From assembly GCA_038087875.1 (NCBI GenBank), contig CM075996.1:9116001-9180000 (forward strand): 64,000 nt of DNA, in the 5' to 3' direction. The notes under the pieces are model-generated. The model was not told the origin of the DNA and ran no database searches. It was given only the letters and a program-made list of their open reading frames with translations. This document shows positions 49,868 through 62,310 of the stretch, piece by piece. Origin of the DNA: Malacoraja senta (lineage: Eukaryota). The first letter of the stretch is position 1; each line of letters begins with the position of its first letter. Both the position numbers and the translations under genes were made by a program.

Positions 49868-52236
49868 ACAATAGGTGCAAGAGTAGACCATTCGGCCCTT
49901 CAAACCAGCACCGCCATTCAATGTGACCATGGCTGATCATCCCCAATCAGTACCCAGTTCCTGCCTTCTCCCCATATCCCCTAACTCAGCTATCTTCAAG
50001 AGCCCTATCTAGCTCTCTCTTGAAAGTATCCAGAGAACCAGCCTCCACTGCCCTCTGAGGCAGAGAATTCCACAGGCTCACAACTCTCTGTGAGAAAAAG
50101 TGTTTCATCGTCTCCGTTCTAAATGGCTTAGCCCTTATTCTTAAACTGTGGCCCCTGGTTCTGGACTCCCCCAACATCGGGAACATGTTTCCTGCCTCTA
50201 GCGTGTCCAAACCCTTTAAATCTTATATGTTTCAATAAGAAGCCCTCTCATCCTTCTAAATTCCAGAGCATACAAGCCCAGCCTCTCCATTCTCTCAGCA
50301 TATGACAGTCTCGCCATCCCGGGAATTAACCTTGTGAACCTACGCTGCACTCCCTCAATAGCAAGAATGTCCTTTCTCAAATTTGGAGACCAAAACTGCA
50401 CACAATACTCCAGGTGTGGTCTCACTAGGGCCCTGTACAACTGCAGAAGGACCTCTTTGCTCCTATACTCAACTCCTCTTGTTATGAAGGCCAACATGCC
50501 ATTCGCTTTCTTCACTGCCTGCTGTACCTGCATGCTTTCATTGACTGATGAACAAGGACCCCCAGATCCTGTTGTTTTTCCCCTTTTCCCAACTTGACAC
50601 CATTTAGATAATAATCTTCCTTCCTGTTCTTGCTACCAAAGTGGATAAACTCACATTTATCCACATTAAACTGCATCTGCCATGCATCTGCCCACTCACC
50701 CAACCTGTCCAAGTCGCCCTGCGTTCTCATAGTATCCTCCTCACAGTTCATACAGCCACCCAGCTTTGTATCATCTGCAAATTTGCTAATGTTACTTGTA
50801 ATACCTTCATCTAAATCATTAATATATACTAGACTAAGTAGGACCCGTTGGGTCTCAGTCACCATGGGGGGAGGGTGGTGTGGGGGGTGGGTGGGGTCGG
50901 AGAGGTGTGGGGTGGGAGAGGAAGTGTGTATGTGGGCTGGAGGGGTTTGCGAGGAGGAGGAGGAATGTGGGGTGGGAGATGTGTGATGTTGGTGGAGTGT
51001 GGGGGGAGGGAGGATGTGGGAGGGGGTGGTTTGGGGGAGGGTGTGTGTGGCGGGGGGTGTGGTGTGTGTGGGAGGGAGGTGTGTGGCGGCGGGGGGAGGG
51101 CTGTGGGGTCAGGGGGGGTGGAGAGAGCTCGGAGAAAAGACGGGGAAGAGCCATGGGAGAGTGCAGTATTACGGGGGAGGGGGGCAGGAGCCAGCGAGGG
51201 GGACCAGAGGAGAAGAGGTTGGGGGTGCGATGGGGACTCACAGCGGGCGCTCGTCGCTTCACTGGTTGTTTTCCTCCGCTGGGAGTTTCCGTTTGGCGAC
51301 ATTGGCGACATCTCCGACTCCGCGTTGCTAGGTCGGGCCCGGGCCAGGTCGGGCCATCCAGAGCCTCGCGCAGCTGCAGTAAAGACGCGGAGCGGTGGGG
51401 GGGGAGAGAGCTTGCGGTGTGTATGGGGAGGGTTGGGAGGGAGGGGTGTGTGGGGGGGGTGTGGGGGGGAGGGGTGTGGGGGGCGGGGGCAGGAGCGGAA
51501 GAGAGCTCGGGGGAAGAGCCATGGGGGAGTGTGCGGTATTACGGGGAGGGGGACCAGAGGGGAAGGGGTTGGGGTTGGGGGTGCGATGGGGACTCACAGT
51601 GGGCGCAGGCCACTTCGCTGGTCGTTCTCCTTCGCACGGCTCACAGACTCACTGACTTAATCAGCACGGCTTGTGGACTCAGCCCCGCCTCCGGGGTTTT
51701 TATTCTCCTTGCCCCGCCTGGTGATTAACACATTGCATGCCGGAGGGGGCGTTACCTTCATGGTGACTGACGGGCGAGAAGACCAATCTGCTGATCTCAC
51801 GATTTTTTAAACTTCATAACTTTTGTAATATTCCACCGATCGGAACAGAGGAGAACGGTGAGTAAGGTGGCGAAAAAATCCTAGCGATATAGGGTACCAT
51901 TTCTGCGCAAATTTAAAAAAAAATGCAAACCGGAAGCGGACAAGATGAGAGTTTTTAGTAATAGTATAGATTGTAAATAGTTGCGGTCCCAGCACCGAGT
52001 CTTGCGGTACCCCACTAGTCACTGCCTGCCATTCTGAAAGGGACCCGTTAATCCCTACTCTTTGTTTCCTATCTGCCAACCAAATTTCTATCCATGTCAG
52101 CACTCCACCCTCAATACCATGCTCTCTAATTTTGCCCACTAATCTCCTATGTGGGACCTTATCAAATACTTTCTGAAAGTCCAGGTCACTACATCCACTG
52201 ACTCTCCCTTGTCCATTTTCCTAGTTACATCCTCAA
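49868..52236 (-). mobile_element. CR1 LINE (about 1.2 kb) split by a Helitron
   Basis: RT and 3' end. The frame [12 protein letters not shown] is interrupted exactly by 50829-51970. Confidence 0.9.
50829..51970 (-). mobile_element. Non-autonomous Helitron (1142 bp)
   Basis: Minus strand A|TCTATACTATTACT...GACCC-AAC-GGGTC-CTACTTAGT-CTAG|T. No TSD; removing it restores the CR1 sequence. Confidence 0.88.
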
Positions 52237-52425
52237 GGACCATGTTCAGGGAGGGTGTGTAGGATGACAGCAATGTGTTTCCCCCCTCCCCCCTCCCTCT
52301 CTGGGCCAGCGGGCAGGGTGCCAGTGTCCAGTGCAGGGCTGCCCTTCACACTGTCATTCTCTTTGCTCACAGTTAGTGCGGAAGACTCGCAGTGCCGTGC
52401 TCGGGGTGGTGGTGCTACGGTGAGG

Positions 52426-52547
52426 ATGTCCCGCCGCAGTCTCCGCCTGGTCACCACCGGCTACTACCAGGATGACGATGACGCCTCCAGCAGCAGCGGC
52501 GGCTCCTCCATCACCGGCGCTCCCTCTTACAAGGAGAGTCCCGTCAG
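52426..52547 (+). CDS. SUN2: SUN-domain protein (SUN2-like), first coding exon; exon begins about 52373 with 5' UTR
   Basis: MSRRSLRLVTTGYYQDDDDASSSSGGSSITGAPSYKESPVR resembles the SUN2 N-terminus as I recall it (MSRRSQRL..DDDGSSSSGGSS..KDSPLR). Acceptor TCTCTTTGCTCACAG; donor AG|GTACGT, phase 2. Confidence 0.85.
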
Positions 52548-53442
52548 GTACGTCTCTCTAACTCTCTCATCTCGTTTCCCCCCCCCCCTCCTCTTGTTCT
52601 TTCCTCTCTAAGCTATGCTCCTTTCTAACAGTTAAGATGCAGCCTCCACCCTAGTACCTCACTCGGAGCCGTGTATCACAACTCCAACTCCTCCCCCCCC
52701 CTTCTCTCTCCTCCCCCAGCACCACCTCACAACTCCCAATACCCCCCTCAACCCCAACTGAACCTTTCCCTACAGAAAAAAATTCTAGACAAAAACTCAA
52801 GGAAAGTTCCAACAACCTCTTCTTTCCTGCTTGGAATCTCAGGTGGAGGATGATAGGATGTAGGGTATATCTTCCATAGGCCAAGGACAGGGTTGCCGTG
52901 CCAATAAGTTGTTGATGAACCCATTCGGTTGATGGGCTCGTGAGGGATATTGGAGAGAACGTGAGCTGGGGCTGCATGACCCGCAGAGTTACTCCAGCAC
53001 TTTGATTTTTTTAAATAAACCAGCATCTGCAGTTCCTTGGAGAGAGAGAGTCATGATATTCTTTTCCCCGTGTGAAACTTCTTGCCCCCTCCCCTTCCCA
53101 GCTCTGACAAGCGACTATCTCCATCCCTCCCCCACCCAAGTCACACCAACTTCTCATTCTCACTTAGCAAACGGCTAACAATGGCCTGTTTCCTTTATCA
53201 TCGTTACTTTTTTGCAAAGCTTTCATTCATTTGTTCCATATTTCACGACATCACCATCTATATCTCCCTTTCCCCTGACTCTCAGTCTGAAGTAGGGTCT
53301 CGACCCGAAACATCACTGTTCATTCTCTCCAGAGATGCTGCCTGCCCCGCTGAGTTACTGCTGCTTTTTGTGTATATCCGGTATGAACCTGTATCTGCAG
53401 TTCCTTCATACACCTACCTGTGAGATTTATCCTGCCATCTTT

Positions 53443-54125
53443 TAGTTTAGTTTGTTGGTCACGTGTATCGAGGTACAGTAAAAAGCTTTTGTTGCATGCT
53501 AACCAGTCTGCGGAAAGACTATATGTGAATACAATCGAGCTACTCACAGTGCACATGATAAGGTACATAGCGTTTAGAGCCAGATAAAGCCAGTAAAGCC
53601 CGATTAAAGATAGTCCAATGGTCTCCAATGAGGTAGATAGTGGTTCAGGACTGCTCTCTGGATATTAGTAGGATGGTTCAGTTGCCTGATAACAGCTGGG
53701 AAGAAACTGTCCCTGAATCTGGAGGTGTGCTCCTCCACACTTTTACACCATTAAGACCCAGAGCGGGGCCTTACATCGCCCGGCGCGGCCTTAACGGCCG
53801 CAGGACTTGCCATCGCCCGCCGGGGGCTTTAACATCGGGAGAAGAATGGAACACAGGGGAGAGACAAGACTTTGCCTTCCATCACAGTGAGGAGGAGATT
53901 CACTGTGATGGATGTTGGTGTAAATTGTGTTCGTTTGTGTCTTTGTTCTTTTCTTGTTGTATGACTGCAGAAACCAAATTTCATTTGAACTTCATACTTG
54001 AGGTTCAAATGACAATAAATAAATTGTATAATTCCCGATGGGTAAGGGGAGAAGGAGGAGTGACCAGGGTGTATGACTGCTCCTTGAATGTGCTGGTGGC
54101 CTTGCCAAGGCAGCGTGGGGTGTAG
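53443..54125 (-). mobile_element. Rex/Babar-like LINE 3' end with nested GC-rich retroposon (about 53750-54033, +)
   Basis: Homologous to 17215-18155; HPGHSSFSPYPSG. Confidence 0.65.
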
Positions 54126-54539
54126 TGTTGCCTCGGTAAGGCCACCACCATAATCAAGGACGAGTGGCAACTTCTGTTTGTTATTGGGCCCAGGCACGCT
54201 GTTGTCAGTTTTAAGATGTCTGCTCTCGGCGGTTCATGGTGCAGCATTATGCTAATGGTGGGCAAGTGCATTGTACCCTGATTCCATCTTTCTCCATAGC
54301 CTTGACACCGTTGTCTCAGACTGGATCATCTAACTTGATCCCTGGAATAAGTCTTAAGCAGAACGTTTTAGACTTTAGTTTGGTGAATGGATTTAAGAAG
54401 GTAGCAGATTGTCAGGAGGGAAAGGTGTTTAGTGGTGATGTCAACATTTTGTTCAGCTTAGCGATATAAAAGGTCAAAGATAAACTGGAAGCGAATGCTA
54501 ACTCCCTCATAACTGTCGGACAGAGTGAGACCCTGATTG

Positions 54540-55080
54540 GGTAGAAAGAAACTGTAGATGCTGATCTATACTGAGATACAAAGTGCTGGAGTAACTCAGC
54601 GGGTCAGGCAGCATCTCTGGGGAATAAGGATGGAACCTGTCTTCAGACGGAGAGTAGGGGGGATGGAACGAGAGGTAGGAAAAAACAGAACAAACTGGGG
54701 CTGGCAACAGATGACCAAGGAAGGGTGGAGCCCATAATGGCCCATTGTTGGCTGGGGAAGATGTGATAATGACAGGGATACAAGGATGCGAACAGTGGAA
54801 CTAGTAAGATGACCAGCGTGGGTGAGGGAGTGAATGCAGGAGTTACTTGAAATTGGAGAAATCAATGTTCATACCACTAGGGGGTAAGCTGCCCAAGCGA
54901 AATATGGGGTGCTGATCCTCCAATATGTGTGTGGCCTCACTCTGACAGTGGAGGAGACCGAGGACAGAAAGGTCAGTGTGGGAATGGGAAGGGGAGTTAA
55001 AGTATTTGGTAACCGAAAGATCGCATAGGCCAAGGTGGACTGAGCGCAAGTGTTTAGCGAAACAATCGCCCAGTCTACGC
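54540..55080 (-). mobile_element. Penelope-like element 3' fragment
   Basis: FNSPSHSHTDLSVLGLLHCQSEA..EDQHPIFRLGSLPPSGMNIDFSNFK* (GIY-YIG C-terminal region) plus terminal repeat. Related pieces at 11155-11462, 53095-53410, 60195-60495 and 63530-63880. Confidence 0.75.
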
Positions 55081-55395
55081 GTGGCTTGCCGCTGAGTTAC
55101 TCCAGCACTTTGTGTCTATCTTTGAGAATCTGATTGGGACCATTTAGTTTAGTTTGGAGTTTAGCGATACACCGTGGAAACAGGCCCTACGGCCTGCAGA
55201 GTCCGCGCCGATCAGCGATCCCCGCACACAGACACACTAGGGACAATTTACAATTATACCAAGCAAATTAACCTATAAATCTGTACATCTTTGGACTGTG
55301 GGAGGAAAACCCACGCAGGTCATGGTGAGAATTTACAAACTGTGTACAGACAAGCATCCATAGTCATAATGGAACCTGGGTCCCTGGCGCTGTAA

Positions 55396-55716
55396 AGGGC
55401 CTGACCCACTTACGCCATTTTTTTTGGCGACTGCCGGCACCCATCATAGTCGCAGCAGGTCGCCGAAAATTTTCAACATGTTGAAAATCCTGCAGCGACC
55501 AGGGAAAAGTACGATTGTTTGGGCGACTACTCACCACCATACAGGCGTCACATGTTGACACGTGACGACTACATGGTCGTGAGTAGTCACCCAAAGAGTC
55601 GTACCTTTTTCTGGTCGCCTCTGGATTTTTAACATGTTGAAATTTGTCGCCGACCTGCTGCCACTATGACGGGTGCCAGCAGTCGCCGAAAAAATCGCGT
55701 AAGTGGGACAGGCCCT
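55396..55716. mobile_element. Near-palindromic MITE inserted in an HE1-like SINE
   Basis: AGGGCCTGACCCACTTACGC / GCGTAAGTGGGACAGGCCCT with long internal inverted symmetry. Host reads CTGGCGCTGTAA|GGCAGCAACTC. Confidence 0.85.
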
Positions 55717-55949
55717 TTAGGCAGCAACTCTACCGCTGTGCCACCATGCCGAGCTTAGCTTGCGTACTATCCACTCAAATCATACAATGCACGAGTACAG
55801 ACACCTCACGATTTATGGAGAGTTACGTGCTTGAAAAGCAGCACATCATTCAAAAATACGTAAATTAAACAGATCGGTGACTATGCCGTCAACAGTAAAT
55901 TTGAACGCTTTGTTCTGAAAATACCCGCGTGTATATTAGGCCACTGTGC

Positions 55950-56395
55950 ATCTACCCAATCTGTTCCTCTCATGATCTTATGCACCTCTATACGATTACC
56001 CCTCATCTTCCTGCGCTCCAAAAATAGAGCCCCAGCCTACTAAACCTCTCCATGCAGCTCACACCCTCTAGTCCTGGCAACATCCTCGTAAATCTTCTCT
56101 GAACCCGTTCCAGCTTGACAATATCTTTCCTATAACATGGCGCCCAGAACTGAACACAATACTTTAAAAGCAGCCTCACCAATGTCTTATACAACTGCAA
56201 CTTGATCTCCCAACTTCAATACTGTGGCTGATGAAGGCCAATGTGCCAAAAGCCTTTTTGACCACCCGATCTACCTGTGACTCCACCTTCAGGTAACCAT
56301 GCACCTAGATCCCTCTGCTCTACAACGTTCCCCAGAGCCCCACCATTCACTGTGCAGGTCCTGCCCTTGTTAGTCTTCCCAAAATGCAACACATT
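55950..56395 (-). mobile_element. CR1 LINE fragment
   Basis: QLYKTLVR..YCVQFWAP..LERVQRRFTRMLPG. Confidence 0.85.
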
Positions 56396-58011
56396 TCCCT
56401 GCATGGCCTAATTCTGCTCCTATCACCTATGAGATTAAACTGTGAGACCAAATAGAAGACATTTTAGGGTGAGGACCAAATTATAGAAAGAGATGCAATG
56501 TTGCAGCAGAGTGGTGCAGTTGGAGAGGCAGCCGTGCAGTTGGCAGGAGGTTGGCTGGAAAGGAAGGAGAGGGATGGAGGAATCCTGCAGTTACTTGGAA
56601 TATGATGCCAACCACGTGGTCAGCGGGAACAGTGCCAACACTGGGGTGCACAACCAAAGGTCGAGACAACTATGTGGCACTGTTGCTGGACCTAACGAAG
56701 AGTTACAACCCATGTAAGATTGGCTGAATGCAAAAGCTGAAGCTGTTCACTGCTTTAATCTTGCATGGAAGCAGGTCGGATAATCCTAAATTATGTTCCG
56801 CATGTAGTTTCCTGTGACATGTTATGTGTAGTGCTTCACTGGGCACTAAGCTGGAGCAGGGCCAATCACACACAACAGCAGTGTTTTGCTTATGACAGGC
56901 GCTGAGGGATTAATGGGGCAGAAAAGCCAGTAAAGTTTAGAAAGTGTAGGAGAGAAATTAAAGGTGACAATTACAGAAAGCAAGGAGGGTTTGAAAATAT
57001 TTGGCAAATAAAATCAAAAGATATTTTATGTACGCGAAGAGCAAGAGAATGATCAAGAAACAAATAGGGCCGTTGGGAGGTCTCTAGACCTTAGAGATAC
57101 AGCGTGGAAACAAGCCCTTTGGCCCAGCAAGTCTGCACCAACCAGTCATCACCCAATAAGAATAAGTTTATTGGCCAAGTATTCACATACAAGGAATTTG
57201 CCTTGGTGCTCCGCCCGCAGATGACAACGACATACAGTGACAGTTAGGAATGACACATTAAACATTAATAATAAAACATTATTGATTAAACATGAATTAA
57301 ATAAAATACCGGAGCAAAAGGAGGCTACAGATAAGCTAGCTAGCATTATCCTACACACACTAGGGACAATTTATAATTATCAGTAGCCAATTATCCTACA
57401 AACCTGTACATCTTTGGAGTATGAGAGGAAACTGGAGCACCCAGAGAAAACCCATGCAGTCATAGGGAGAAGGTACAAACTCCGTACAGACAGCACCCGT
57501 AGTCAGGATTGAACCCAGGTCTCTGGCGCTGTGAGGCAGCAACTCTACCGTTGCGCCACCGTGCCGACCCAAAAGGTTGTCAGTGAGTGGCTGTGTGTAC
57601 GATGAATGAATATTTAGTGATGTGGTCACAATGGACAGAAGGGCTGCTGCTGTGAAACTTCAACACGCTTGGCTGTGTATTGCAGTGCGTGACCTGCAGG
57701 GTGGCAGGCGATCGGACAGGGTTGTTTTTACTTGACTGGCACAGATGGGCTGAATGGCCTCCTGCAACATCGATGATTAAAGTCGTCTTACACCCTGGCA
57801 TCTGGAAACCTGAGCACTGCTCAACCACAGTGCCGGTAACCTCTACCCTGACCCAGCTAGTCTGATTTAAATGTAGGGAGTAACTGTGGATGCTGGTTTA
57901 CACCGCAGGTAGACACAAAATGCTGGAGGAACTCAGCGGGACAGGCAGCATCTCTGATAGAAGCAATGGGTGACATTTCAGGGCGAGACCCTTCTTCCGA
58001 CTCTCAGACTA

Positions 58012-58750
58012 AAACATAGAAAATCGGTGTAGGAGGAGGCCATACGGCCCTTCGAGCTAGCACAGCCATTCAATAGCACAGCCATTCAATCCATCCATGG
58101 CTGATCATCCAAAATCAATATCCCGTTCTGGCTTTTCCCCCATATCCCATGATTCCCTTAGCACTAAGAGCTAAATCTAACTTCTCTTGAAAACATCTAG
58201 TGAATTCCACAGAATCACAACTCTTTGGGTGAAAACGTTTTTCCTCATCTCAGTCCTAAATGGCCCACCCCTTATTCTTAAACTGTGACCCCGGGTTCTG
58301 GACTCCCCCAACATTGGGAACATTTTTCCTGCAACTACCTTGTCCAATCCTCTAAAAATTTATGTTTCAATATATTCCCTCTCACCATTCTAAATACCAG
58401 CGAATACAAGTCCAGTCGACCCATTCTTTCATCATATGTCAGTCCTGCCATCCCAGGAATTAAACTGGTGAATTTACACTGCACTCCTCCATAGCAATAA
58501 TGTCACAACTCTCTGGGTGAAACATTAGAGTTGTGAATGCGTGGAATTCTCTGCCACAGAAGGCAGTGGAGGCCGATTCACTGGATGCATTCAAAAGAGA
58601 GTTAGACGGAGCTCTTAGGGCTAGTGGAATCGAGGGATATGGGGAGAAAGCAGGAACGGGGTACCGATTGTGGATGATCAGCCATGATCATACTGAATGA
58701 GGCTGGCACCATGGGCTGAATGGCCTACTCCTGCACCTATTTTCTATGTT
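58012..58750. mobile_element. Two CR1 3' fragments in opposite orientation
   Basis: 58012-58520 is (-) and 58525-58750 is (+); each has a CR1 3' UTR. Confidence 0.8.
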
Positions 58751-58867
58751 TATAACCCATACCCACAATGTGTTTTGGATTGCTGTGCCAATTTCACAGA
58801 AGTTGCTGCTTCTCTTTCGCAGTCCTGGTCTGCCTCCGCCCCAAATCGTTGCCCTTTATCGTTTCAG

Positions 58868-59029
58868 GTTGCACAAGAAAAGGGACAAACAGCAAGCGGC
58901 CGGGACCTGTGCCTGGCGTCAAACGTTCGGCGTCCAACAGTTCAGTCAACAGTCTGAGTAGCAACGTCAGCAACGCCTCCAAGCGCTCTCTGCACCTCGG
59001 CAGCAGCAGCGGCTGGCAGGAGCCCGTCG
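58868..59029 (+). CDS. SUN2: SUN2-like coding exon 2 (frame discordance at its 5' end)
   Basis: Acceptor CCCTTTATCGTTTCAG. Encodes RKGTNSKRPGPVPGVKRSASNSSVNSLSSNVSNASKRSLHLGSSSGWQEPV. Donor CG|GTGCGT is phase 1 and fits the next exon. Confidence 0.72.
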
Positions 59030-60546
59030 GTGCGTGTCCGGGGAGGGCAGCGCGGGGGGTGGAAGCAGGGCACTGGCGCATTTCTTTAGTCAGAGGGTGG
59101 TGGATCAGTGGAATTAATTGCCACAGAAGGTTGTGGAGGCCAAGTCAGTGGGTATTTTTAAGGCATAGACAGATTCTTCATTAGTACAGGGGTTACGGGG
59201 AGAACGCAGGAGAATGGGGTTAGGAGGGAGAGATAGTTCAGCCATGATGGAATGTCAGAGTAGACATGATGGGCCGAATGGCCTAATTCTGCTCCTATCA
59301 CTTATTGACCTTTTGACGGCAGTGTTCTTAAAGCCTTAACCCTTCCCTCCAACAGACTGGTTAAGGGCTTCTCCTTGGTTTAAAGTACCGCGATCACTGG
59401 TGCACATCGGCGACTCATGCTGCAGTATCTCAGTTTTAGTCGGAAACGAGCCCTTTGTCCCACCGAGTCCGCGCTGACCAGTGATCATCGCACAGCTGCT
59501 GTGAGACTTTGCCCATCCCGCCGGGTGCTGGGAGAGGGGCGCACTGCCGCTCTGCTGTGGGGCCTGAGTGTGGTAACACACACGGTTCAGTTACAGCGAG
59601 GAGCACTGGGTCAGGGTCTGATGCCCCCTGGTGGTGGGAGGTGACCGACACCGAGCTTCAGTTACTGAGAGGCGAGGGATTATACCTTCCTTTTTCGGAA
59701 GGAACTGCAGATGCTGGTTTACACTAAAGATACAAAATGCTGGAGTAACTCAGCGGGACAGGCAGCATGAGGCCAAAAGTGATAGGAGCAGAATTAGTCC
59801 ATGCGTCCCATCAAGTCTACTCCGCCATTCAATCATGGCTGATCTATCTTTCCCTCCTAACCCCATTCTCCTGCCTACTCCCCATAACCCCTGACACCCG
59901 TACTAATCAAGAATCTATCTATCTCTGCATTAAAAATATCCAGACTTGGCCTCCACAGCCTTCTGTGGTAAAGAATGCCACAGATTCACCACCCTCTGAC
60001 TAAATACATTCCTCCTTATCTCCTTCCTAAACGAGCGTTGTTTAATTTTGAGGCTATGAACTCTAGTCCTCGACTCTTCCACAAGTAGAAACATCCACTC
60101 TATCCAAATCTTTCACTTTTTAGTAAGTTTCAATGAGGTCCCCTTCATTCTTCTAAACTCCAGCGAGTACAGGCCCAGTGCCGTCAAACGCATTTCTGGA
60201 GAGAAAGAATGGGTGACGTTTCGGTCGACTTAGGGGAGAGGGAGATCTGGAAGGGTAATGTGCGAAAACAAGAGATCAAAGAGGACAAAGATCAAGGAAA
60301 ATGTAGAATAGAACATTGGGGAAGGTGACAACGAAGCATACAAAGATAAAATGTAATCAGGAGGACAGTTAAACTGGCCAGAGAGCTAGGATGGTGGAGG
60401 GATGGAGAGAGAGGGAAAACAAGGGTTACTTGAAGTTAGAGAGGTCAACATCATATCATTGGGTTGTAAGGTGTCCAAGTGAAATATGAGGTGCTGTAAT
60501 ATTTTCCTGTGATGACTTGCCTCGGTAACCTGTATCTCGCATCCAG

Positions 60547-60696
60547 CATTCGGGGGGCCGTCCAGCTTTGAGGACAGGTACGAAGAGAAATTAAACAGAG
60601 CGAACGGCAGGATGGGGATTATGACAGCGCCTTCCACTTCTTCCGACGTCCACTTGTCGTCGACATCTGGCTACTCCTCCGAGGATGAGCTGCAGG
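60547..60696 (+). CDS. SUN2: SUN2-like coding exon 3
   Basis: Acceptor TCTCGCATCCAG; 150 nt encoding AFGGPSSFEDRYEEKLNRANGRMGIMTAPSTSSDVHLSSTSGYSSEDELQG, with the SUN-family SGYSSED motif; donor GG|GTAAGT. Confidence 0.82.
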
Positions 60697-61559
60697 GTAA
60701 GTGGAACGTTCATCATCTCACCCCCACGTCCTTCATTCTGAACAGTTAACGCGCGGCATGTTGCACCATCGGCAGAGACACAGGGGCTGGAACAGAGGCT
60801 TTAGGGATTTTATATTGAAGCTGGGCAGTGGGGCGGCTGAGCTGGCACTTATTGTGGTTGGTGGATGAGAGGGTGGGAGATGTTACTAGGGTGGGGACAG
60901 GGTGGGTGGGAGATGTTACTAGGATGGGGCAGATGGATGGGGGCAGTTACTAGGGCATGGACAAGGTGGGTTGGTGAGTGGAGGATGTAACCTGGGTGGG
61001 GGTGAACATCCCATTGCTGGGGCAGGGTGAGGTTGAGTGGGCTATTACAAGGCGCGGGTGTCGGGACATGGGGTGGGTGCATGTGCTGTTACTGGGAAGG
61101 GGGTGACGGTGGGGAGGGTAAATGGAGCGGGTGGGGTGTGAGGGTCCATTACTGGGGCAGGTGAGGGGCCGTTAGTGAGGTGGGCTGTGGGTGGGTGAGT
61201 GGGCCGTGGACTGACACTGGGCAGGAGCTGAACCTGTTGTACAGGATTGTAGATTTCGGAGATGCTGGGTCGCATCAGGGGGACTGAGCTGTTTGGGGCA
61301 GCTAATCGCCATTCATTCACACACACGCACACACACATATGTACACACAAAAAACAAACACAAAAAATAGGGTGCTGCCATTTGACGACACAAACTCCCC
61401 CTGCATAGCGCCTGTTCACCAAGGTGTGGAAAGTGATGCAGCTTCTGCTAAAGAGCATCGTTCCATTGCAATCTCCAGGCTGAGGGGGCGCCGTCCTGTA
61501 TGGGTCTGGCTGCCCAGCCTGCAGCTGTCCGTTTTCTCACATTAAAAAAAAAAAATTAG

Positions 61560-62310
61560 TGAGTCAAGTGTTTTGTTTTTGAAGGTCTATTCTTTTTTAT
61601 GTGGGGGATGGGAAAAGGGAGAAACTGCTTTTCAGGGTCCCTACCTGGTCGGAGAGGCGGCTTCCTCTGAGCAGCAACATCGACCCGTCCTCGCGGCCTT
61701 CCATCGGGGCCTGGAGCGGCGTTTCCTGAGGGGACTGGCCAGAACCTCGGCTTCGGCGGCGGCACAGCGCTGCAGCGCTATCGCAGAGTGCAGCGGGCGA
61801 TGCCTTGCACGGGTGGCCGCGCTGGTATGCTGGGACCGCCGATGAAACATCGCGGAGCTGCGGATCTGTGGAGCGGCAGCGCTGAACTTTACATCGGGAG
61901 CCTGGGATCTCTCGCCGAGATCACCAGTGGTGGAGCTCCATCCAGCGCGGCCTGTCGGCTTCGGAAGCCGCGGTCTCCGGTAAGGAAGCGGCCGTACCAG
62001 GCATCCCAAGCCGCTGAGAGGATTTTCCCGACGCCGGAGCACCATCATCCGGCGAGAACGGCCTGAAACATCGGGCCTCTGTAAATGCGACTGTGGAGGC
62101 CTCAATAGGCCCGACTATGGGTGGACATGGGATGGGGACTAGACTTTGCGCCTTCCCTCATAATGGGAATGATTGTGGGGGATATTTTTATGTTTAAATT
62201 TCTTTATTATTGTTATGTTGTATTCTCTTTAATGTGCTGCAATGGCAATCCGCATTTCACTACTTTACCAATTGGTGTATGTGACTAATAAATAACCTTT
62301 GAACCTTTGT
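61560..62310 (+). mobile_element. Unclassified GC/CpG-rich retroposon with (TTTGAACC)-type tail
   Basis: Same architecture as 9054-9938: T-rich head, GC-rich body, GCCTTCC.TCA motif, AATAAA and microsatellite tail. Confidence 0.5.

Noticed and set aside
55800..55860. Possible extra small SUN2 exon that might repair the frame
   Set aside because: No polypyrimidine tract, a weak donor and no recognisable similarity.
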